Part shown: positions 45,202-50,636 of the stretch, one piece after another
Position numbering within the stretch: the stretch's first letter is position 1
Layout of the letters: each line of letters begins with the position of its first letter
Origin: Klebsiella phage vB_KpnS_SegesCirculi
Sequence record: MN013080.1
Direction: 5' to 3' (one strand)
DNA: 50,636 nucleotides
Position numbers and translations under genes: made by a program
Notes under the pieces: generated by a model
Database searches by the model: none
Told to the model about the DNA's origin: nothing
What the model saw: only the letters and a program-made list of their open reading frames with translations

Positions 45202-45395
45202 ACCAGTTCGAATATATGCATCGCGCACATAAAGCGCTTGCCATGTTCGCCTTTCACCTGGATATGAAAGTTATATCCGTGACCATTGAGGCCGGAAGCA
45301 TTGAGATCTGCGGATTCGTGGGCGATTACTCATGCACCAGAACTTACGCGTTCTCATCGCTCGCCTCCCTGGAGGGTCAGGCTTATGGCTTCTAA
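45198..45395 (+). CDS. Hypothetical protein
   Basis: ATGA overlap. Confidence 0.6.
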   Translation: MNQFEYMHRAHKALAMFAFHLDMKVISVTIEAGSIEICGFVGDYSCTRTYAFSSLASLEGQAYGF

Positions 45396-45594
45396 CCGCA
45401 AATTCAGGATCGTGCGCATTGCGACGCTTGACGCCTTCGGGCGTCCGGTGGAGTGGTATGCAGCACAGCGGCGTGTTGCCTTCTTCTGGTGGGTGACGGT
45501 CGAGCACTTCGGCCAGTTGACGCAGGCCCGCTACTGGCTCCACAAATCCGGCGCACCGCACCGCCCGGAGCGGGTAATCAAGGTGATTGAATAG
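45385..45594 (+). CDS. Hypothetical protein
   Basis: SD GGAGGG; stop in early element. Confidence 0.6.
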   Translation: MASNRKFRIVRIATLDAFGRPVEWYAAQRRVAFFWWVTVEHFGQLTQARYWLHKSGAPHRPERVIKVIE

Positions 45595-45634
45595 CACGAA
45601 TTGCTAAAACTCGATCGGGGTAGGCTGGTATAGT
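45592..45634 (+). promoter_or_regulatory. Early element TAGCACGAATTGCTA-N22-TATAGT
   Basis: Element 45592-45606, -10 45629-45634. Confidence 0.78.
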
Positions 45635-45664
45635 TACCCCATACCAACAAACGAGGCTATCACC

Positions 45665-45877
45665 ATGAAATTACGTTGCACCGATTCAAACACTATCAAC
45701 TACACCCCTGGCTTTGAGTACAGCGCGGAGCTGGGCGTTACCGCCCGCACCCCTCATGGCTCGATCGGCTGTGATGTGGTTCATGGTAACAACACCTGGT
45801 TCTTTTTCAATAAATCAACCCTCAACGCCGAACGCCGTAACGGTTCGGTCGTGGCAACCTTTAAGGTAATCGAATAA
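45665..45877 (+). CDS. Small beta-rich protein
   Basis: KLRCTDSNTINYTPGFEYSAEL...GSVVATFKV resembles 38390-38827 product. Confidence 0.65.
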   Translation: MKLRCTDSNTINYTPGFEYSAELGVTARTPHGSIGCDVVHGNNTWFFFNKSTLNAERRNGSVVATFKVIE

Positions 45878-46191
45878 TGACCAACGAAATCAAATCCGGC
45901 GGCAAGGTTATTGCCACCATCACGCAGCGCCAGGCGATCGCGTTTCAGTTGCATATCCCCGGCGCTGAAGAACCAATCTACGTACCAGCCTGGGCCAACA
46001 CGGTTGCCATTGATGAAGATGGCGCGATTTGGGCTTATGAGTCGATGGCCGAAGATGTGCGCATCGTCTGCGAGGAGCATAAGGCCTGGAGCGATTGGGG
46101 CAAGGTCGAAGCGAACATGCAGGAAATCGGAGAAATGCCCTGCGTCCCTGACTGGACAGAAGCGAAAATCGACCTTCGCGCCATGAAATAG
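45877..46191 (+). CDS. Hypothetical protein
   Basis: 104 aa; stop in early element. Confidence 0.65.
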   Translation: MTNEIKSGGKVIATITQRQAIAFQLHIPGAEEPIYVPAWANTVAIDEDGAIWAYESMAEDVRIVCEEHKAWSDWGKVEANMQEIGEMPCVPDWTEAKIDLRAMK

Positions 46192-46231
46192 CACTTTTTG
46201 GTAAACGCCCGGCCAACGGATCGGGCATAAT
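46189..46231 (+). promoter_or_regulatory. Early element TAGCACTTTTTGGTA-N22-CATAAT
   Basis: Element 46189-46203, -10 46226-46231. Confidence 0.72.
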
Positions 46232-46259
46232 TATCCCACACCAACAACGGAGATTTACC

Positions 46260-46628
46260 ATGAAACACTTTATCAAAAACGCAGTCGTCGCCATCGTCGG
46301 CACCAACTTTGAGGGCAAGAAGGCCCGCATTCACCTGCTGCATGTGGGCAATGACGACAAAATGCGCGGGGCGTTCTACTACGGCGAGCGCGGCGAAATC
46401 CTGTACGATTCTAAATTCCTCTCGCGCCTTGTCCGCTTCCAGCCTGGCAAAGAGTTCATGGAGTGGTCGCCGGAATACCTCTGTGAAGGTCTGGTGGTCG
46501 AATCGTTCGTTGCCGATCCGGTTAAGCTGACCTCGCGCGACTATAAGCGCATGGCCCGTAAGGCGCACAAACTCATGAAGCGCACGCCGAAAAGCCACGT
46601 GTGGCACATCTTCGCCAACCAACTGTGA
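46260..46628 (+). CDS. Hypothetical protein
   Basis: 122 aa. Confidence 0.65.
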   Translation: MKHFIKNAVVAIVGTNFEGKKARIHLLHVGNDDKMRGAFYYGERGEILYDSKFLSRLVRFQPGKEFMEWSPEYLCEGLVVESFVADPVKLTSRDYKRMARKAHKLMKRTPKSHVWHIFANQL

Positions 46629-46639
46629 GATCTGACGCG

Positions 46640-46885
46640 ATGGAAACCGTAACAGTAATTTGCACTCATGCTGGCTACGGGCCACTGGCCCCGCTGTTCA
46701 CCGTGGGCAAGGAGTATCAAGCCAGCTTCGGCCCCGCCCTGGATGAAGTCTGGATTTTGCAGGACGACAAGAAAACAACGGAGTTGGGCGAAAACTGGCT
46801 GGCGTGCCGCATGCCGGATGAGAAGATCGCAATGTTTCTTAACCGACCATATGAAAACAACGTTTTATTTGAGGTGAAACTATGA
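46640..46885 (+). CDS. Small beta-rich protein
   Basis: LFTVGKEYQASFGPALDEVWILQDD. Confidence 0.65.
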   Translation: METVTVICTHAGYGPLAPLFTVGKEYQASFGPALDEVWILQDDKKTTELGENWLACRMPDEKIAMFLNRPYENNVLFEVKL

Positions 46886-47061
46886 GCAAGAAAATGATTG
46901 CACTGTATTGGGTTCTTTTCCTGGGTGGTCTATTGGTTGCCAAAGAAGATGGCTGGCAAATGATCGGAATGATGATGGTCATCATTGGGGTAAGCCGCCT
47001 CTCTGAGATTAACGGCTTCCGCCGTGGTCGCCGGGCCGCATTCACTGGCGACAAAGAATAG
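46882..47061 (+). CDS. 59-aa membrane protein
   Basis: MSKKMIALYWVLFLGGLLVAKEDGWQMIGMMMVIIGVSRLSEINGFRRGRRAAFTGDKE; ATGA overlap; stop in early element; absent from track. Confidence 0.65.
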   Translation: MSKKMIALYWVLFLGGLLVAKEDGWQMIGMMMVIIGVSRLSEINGFRRGRRAAFTGDKE

Positions 47062-47101
47062 CACTTTTTGTTAAAACTGCCGTAACGTCATTTGGTAAAG
47101 T
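47059..47101 (+). promoter_or_regulatory. Early element TAGCACTTTTTGTTA-N22-TAAAGT
   Basis: Element 47059-47073, -10 47096-47101. Confidence 0.72.
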
Positions 47102-47141
47102 GGCGTTACTGAAGCGAAACAAACCAATCAGGAGTTACACC

Positions 47142-47351
47142 ATGAATGACCACATTATCGACCTGTTAAGCATGCTGGCTGAGGATACCGTAGCCATCAT
47201 CGAGCTTGAGGACGGCACCGAACTTCAGATCGAGGTTCCCAGCGTGCGATTCGGCGTATCCGGCGGCGAGCATTCAGAGCGCTCAACCGAAACGGATCTT
47301 GACTACGCGACCCACTTACTCTGCCTGAACGCGATCGAGGAGATCCGCTAA
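47142..47351 (+). CDS. Hypothetical acidic protein
   Basis: 69 aa, SD CAGGAG. Confidence 0.65.
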   Translation: MNDHIIDLLSMLAEDTVAIIELEDGTELQIEVPSVRFGVSGGEHSERSTETDLDYATHLLCLNAIEEIR

Positions 47352-47785
47352 TGAACACAATCAAACTGAAATGCGTGTCAGTCGAGTCGCTAGTTAGCAT
47401 TTCCTGTAAGCCTGGCGATACCATCACCGCCAGCAGGGATAACGAATCCTCATGTTGGCACTTCGACGGATACTACCTGGATGATGATCTGGTGGTTCGC
47501 GGCATCTTCGGTGAGTTCGCACGGTTCGAAAAGGCGAAGCGCAAGACCGATCGCAAACTGGTGGTTCGCGCAATGTGCATCATCGCCCGCCAGTATGGAT
47601 GGACTGACGCAGGCGTTAAGCGCGTCGGCAACTACAAAACCGTCAAGGAGTGGGCGCGGGATTGGGCCGCATTCTACACCGACGAAAAAGGCGAGCTTCA
47701 GCACGATATCAGCGAGTACCTGGAGGATTGCAGCCGTGGCGATGCCATCCGCGAGTTCATGCAGGCGGAAATCGACGCCCTATAG
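47351..47785 (+). CDS. Hypothetical protein with beta-rich N-terminus
   Basis: TIKLKCVSVESLVSISCKPGDTITASRDN. Confidence 0.65.
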   Translation: MNTIKLKCVSVESLVSISCKPGDTITASRDNESSCWHFDGYYLDDDLVVRGIFGEFARFEKAKRKTDRKLVVRAMCIIARQYGWTDAGVKRVGNYKTVKEWARDWAAFYTDEKGELQHDISEYLEDCSRGDAIREFMQAEIDAL

Positions 47786-47825
47786 CACGAATTGCTAAAA
47801 CCGCCGTCCGGGGATGGTGCATACT
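47783..47825 (+). promoter_or_regulatory. Early element TAGCACGAATTGCTA-N22-CATACT
   Basis: Element 47783-47797, -10 47820-47825. Confidence 0.75.
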
Positions 47826-47854
47826 ATCCCCACACCAACCAAAGAGGAAAAATC

Positions 47855-48607
47855 ATGAGCACCTACAAATTCATCCTGACCCCGAACGCTGATTCTCCCG
47901 CTGGCGTGGGCGCGAAATTCACCAAAGGCAAGCGCTATGATGCCGAGCCTTTCACCAAATACACCGGGGATTCACTGTACAAAATCACCGATGACGAAGG
48001 CAACATGTACGCGGTCAACCCGCGCAACTCGCACTACATCGGCGGCGGTCAGTTCAGCATCGAGTTGCAAATCAACAACTGTTTCGCTGGTGGCGAACTC
48101 TCCTTCGGCGGGTTAGTGGGCGGCGCGATGCAATATCCCATCCACACTTCGGCGTCAATGTTCGGCGGCATCACCTCCACCGAGTCGCCCCTGTTCTTTG
48201 CCGACCTGAAGGCCCACGAACGCGATAAAGATCAGGATCTGGAAGCCCTGGCCGAGCGCGTGCTGAACATGTTCGGGCGGGATGAGTCGCGGGGCGTTGC
48301 ACGTGGATTTAAGATCGGCGCTGAAAAATCCGCGCACTTCAAAGAGGGCGTGAAGTCGGCAAGCGATGCAGTTTCGGCCCTGGGCATGCTGTCACGGTCG
48401 GTGATCGTGAAACAGGACGGCGCGAAAGAAGCCTCGCTCGCTGACCGGGTTAAAGAGCTTGAGTCAGAGCTTAACGCCGCCAACAACACGATCGAGAAAA
48501 TCCGTGAAGCCATGCGCACGCCGGAAGGTGATGACGCGCAGACCCATGCGAAAGTTCTCCGCCAGATGGCCGACGCCCTGGTTAGTTTGTGGCGCGACGG
48601 CAAATAG
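47855..48607 (+). CDS. Hypothetical protein, beta-rich N-terminus and coiled C-terminus
   Basis: 250 aa, follows early element. Confidence 0.7.
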   Translation: MSTYKFILTPNADSPAGVGAKFTKGKRYDAEPFTKYTGDSLYKITDDEGNMYAVNPRNSHYIGGGQFSIELQINNCFAGGELSFGGLVGGAMQYPIHTSASMFGGITSTESPLFFADLKAHERDKDQDLEALAERVLNMFGRDESRGVARGFKIGAEKSAHFKEGVKSASDAVSALGMLSRSVIVKQDGAKEASLADRVKELESELNAANNTIEKIREAMRTPEGDDAQTHAKVLRQMADALVSLWRDGK

Positions 48608-48647
48608 CACTTTTTGCTAAAACTTCCGCAAGGCCATTTGATATAGT
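48605..48647 (+). promoter_or_regulatory. Early element TAGCACTTTTTGCTA-N22-TATAGT
   Basis: Element 48605-48619, -10 48642-48647. Confidence 0.78.
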
Positions 48648-48683
48648 GGCCTTATTGAAGCGAACCAATCAGGAGCTAAACAA

Positions 48684-48956
48684 ATGAGCATTCCGTATCC
48701 GACCAAAGACAAATCATTCCTGGGCCTGGCCGTTGTTGAGATTGTCAACCCGGATGTGACCAACTCCCCGGATGAGCCTACCCTTGCACAGTGGGCCGGA
48801 TTCAAAGCAGGTGATCGACTGACCGTCGAATGCTATAGCGACGGCGAGAAGTGGGCGCAGGTAGGGCGCGACTACCACACCGAAGAATTCGGCCAGGTGC
48901 TCCCTACCGACTGGTTCAAACTTAACGAAGGCGAATATAAGGTGATCGAAGAATGA
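48684..48956 (+). CDS. Small beta-rich protein
   Basis: FKAGDRLTVECYSDGEKWAQVGRDYH. Confidence 0.65.
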   Translation: MSIPYPTKDKSFLGLAVVEIVNPDVTNSPDEPTLAQWAGFKAGDRLTVECYSDGEKWAQVGRDYHTEEFGQVLPTDWFKLNEGEYKVIEE

Positions 48957-49528
48957 ACAACAAAGTTTGGGTGTTGACCTACACTATCGGGACTAACGAG
49001 GGGCGCAAATCGCGCCGCCTCACCTGCGACACGAAAGCGCAGGCGGAAATGCAGCAGCGCGTGCTGGGCGGCGAAGTGGCCGAATACATCCGCCAGCCGG
49101 AATCCTTCCAGGTCAATTGGCCTGAGAAGATGGATGTTGACGCCGTGCTGCATGAAATGCGCCAGGTGCAAAACGACCCGGCGGCGTGGAAAGATCTGTA
49201 CCTTTGCGGCGGTGACGCTGAGTCAGTCCGGGATCCCTTCCGCCTTGTCCGGCAGGCGCACGCGGAATGGTCGGATCGCCAGTTCGGCAAAGTTGGCCCG
49301 GTCGGCCCACTGAAACACCTGGCTAAAGAGGCCAATGAAGCAGCCGAAGCGCCGGATGACATTAGCGAGTTCGCCGATATCATCATGCTGGTGTGGGATG
49401 CAACCCGCCGCGCCGGAATCACCGATGAGCAGTTGGCAGTGGCGGTGGCGGAAAAGCTGGAGCGGAACAAACGCCGCCAGTGGGGAGCCGTTAAAGATGG
49501 CGAGCCGTGCCACCACTTGAAAAATTAA
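48953..49528 (+). CDS. MazG-like / DUF550-type nucleotide pyrophosphohydrolase domain with extra N-terminus
   Basis: HAEWSDRQFG...PLKHLAKEANEAAEAPDDISEFADIIMLVWDATRRAG. Confidence 0.72.
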   Translation: MNNKVWVLTYTIGTNEGRKSRRLTCDTKAQAEMQQRVLGGEVAEYIRQPESFQVNWPEKMDVDAVLHEMRQVQNDPAAWKDLYLCGGDAESVRDPFRLVRQAHAEWSDRQFGKVGPVGPLKHLAKEANEAAEAPDDISEFADIIMLVWDATRRAGITDEQLAVAVAEKLERNKRRQWGAVKDGEPCHHLKN

Positions 49529-49597
49529 CGAATTCGTATACCATTTAAAGCGCCTGTAAGAGATTCTGGCGGGCGCAAATTTCATTAAGGTGATTCT

Positions 49598-49822
49598 ATG
49601 TCTGAGTTCTCAAAAGTCGAAGATATGCCGATTGGCGCAACGGTAACTGGTATCCAGATGAGTGAGTCGGTCGATACGATTACTCCGCTGGCCTTCCCGG
49701 TTACACAGGTCGAAACCGATAGCAAAAAAGGTTTCATCTTCATCTACAAAAATTTCAACGCCCCTCTGCGTGTCGAGATCTTCATTGCTCGCGGAACCTG
49801 GGTCGAATGGGAGAAGGCTTAA
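49598..49822 (+). CDS. Hypothetical protein
   Basis: 74 aa. Confidence 0.6.
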   Translation: MSEFSKVEDMPIGATVTGIQMSESVDTITPLAFPVTQVETDSKKGFIFIYKNFNAPLRVEIFIARGTWVEWEKA

Positions 49823-50056
49823 ATGTTCGGACTGAATGAGGCGCAGTACAACGCTGTGAAGCGCGTGGCGAAACGAATGACGGCGGAAACCAAAGACGCC
49901 ATACGGAAGGACAAAAAGACTTACGATCAGGTTGCCGCCCGGATGATCGATAAGCATTGGGCCGAAGTCAACACGCTGTTAACTCGCGGTCAGTTTATCT
50001 GGCTGGCTGGCTATCTCGAAGGCCGTTTCGGTCGCCGTGATGGCGAGTATGAGTAA
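49823..50056 (+). CDS. Hypothetical basic protein
   Basis: 77 aa, abuts previous stop. Confidence 0.6.
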   Translation: MFGLNEAQYNAVKRVAKRMTAETKDAIRKDKKTYDQVAARMIDKHWAEVNTLLTRGQFIWLAGYLEGRFGRRDGEYE

Positions 50057-50083
50057 AAAATAAGCGAACGAATCAACCGCCTA

Positions 50084-50112
50084 TTGACGCATTCGCGCTG
50101 ACCGGGTATCGT
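50084..50112 (+). promoter_or_regulatory. Sigma70-like promoter TTGACG-17-TATCGT
   Basis: -35 50084-50089, -10 50107-50112. Confidence 0.6.
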
Positions 50113-50154
50113 TAAAAGCGTAGACACAAGAGGCGGTAAACATCCGCAAGTCTC

Positions 50155-50176
50155 GCCCCGCTTTGGGGCTTTTATT
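50155..50176 (+). terminator. Terminator-like GCCCC-GCTTT-GGGGC-TTTTATT
   Basis: Perfect 5-bp GC stem plus U-rich tract. Confidence 0.65.
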
Positions 50177-50184
50177 GGGGGGTT

Positions 50185-50376
50185 ATGATGCAGTACAGGG
50201 TCATACTCACAGCAAGGAAAATGGGCGGCTTTTGCAAGTCCTGCATTCAAGAGTTCAGCATGACGATTGAAGCGAACGATACCGCCGACGCGGTGGAGAA
50301 AGCAAAGCAGCGTTCAGGCGTCAACCTGGACACTCATAAAATAAGCATCAACTACGTAAGGGAAGCAACACAATGA
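50185..50376 (+). CDS. Hypothetical protein
   Basis: 63 aa. Confidence 0.5.
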   Translation: MMQYRVILTARKMGGFCKSCIQEFSMTIEANDTADAVEKAKQRSGVNLDTHKISINYVREATQ

Positions 50377-50636
50377 TAACTCTGATTGTCGCGTTAATTA
50401 TGCTGGTCATAGGCTTCTATGCAGGCACTTTCCACCTTGTCGAACGGCTGTCAAAGCGCGTGCATGAAGGCACTTTCGCCGCGATGCTGTACAACAAGAA
50501 AACGAAACGCTGGGAAAAAATTGGCGATCCGGGCGGTATCGCGAAACGAATAGAGTTTTCGCCGCTTCCGTATGTTGACTGTGAGCCTTTTGCATCACTT
50601 CAGAAAACACTGAAGCGGCGTAACAAACTGATATGA
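50373..50636 (+). CDS. Hypothetical membrane-anchored protein
   Basis: N-terminal TM segment; ATGA overlap; ends at window edge. Confidence 0.55.
   Translation: MITLIVALIMLVIGFYAGTFHLVERLSKRVHEGTFAAMLYNKKTKRWEKIGDPGGIAKRIEFSPLPYVDCEPFASLQKTLKRRNKLI

Noticed and set aside
1-50636. Lysogeny module, tRNA genes, CRISPR arrays, IS elements
   Set aside because: No recognisable integrase, excisionase or partition pair, no cloverleaf recognised by eye, no regularly spaced repeat-spacer array, no transposase. tRNAscan would be needed to exclude tRNAs formally. The small HTH proteins could be regulators but do not by themselves show lysogeny.

Overview
The window looks like one complete or nearly complete genome of a tailed phage with a lambda-like long non-contractile tail, opened at the small terminase gene. 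Nothing resembling an integrase or a complete lysogeny module was recognised. Left part (1-21.4 kb, + strand): packaging, head and tail genes. The tail fibre gene (S74-type C-terminus) at 21.4-24.1 kb is on the opposite strand. Middle (24-34.9 kb): SSB, ERF-like annealing protein, RecE-like exonuclease, primase, helicase, VRR-NUC nuclease, adenine methyltransferase, metallophosphoesterase, HAD phosphatase and P-loop kinase. Then lysis genes (35-36.2 kb), a leftward block with a DUF3987-type ATPase and a C5-methyltransferase-like protein (36.2-41.4 kb), and a rightward array of small unknown genes (42.2-50.6 kb). The most interesting signal is not a gene. A 15-bp palindromic element, TAGCA-N5-TGCTA (consensus TAGCACTTTTTGCTA), occurs at least 17 times on both strands, and the -10-like hexamer always starts 21 or 22 bp after it. 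This would centre the palindrome near -42, the position of a class II activator site. In 8 of the rightward copies the TAG of the element is the stop codon of the preceding gene. A related palindrome lies between the -35 and -10 of the putative capsid promoter. Second, a different palindrome, GTAAGATGCATCTTAC, occurs three times in two AT-rich, iteron-like non-coding regions (26.5-26.9 kb and 41.7-42.1 kb) that are candidate replication origins or control regions. All coordinates and family calls come from manual reading; no homology search was run.
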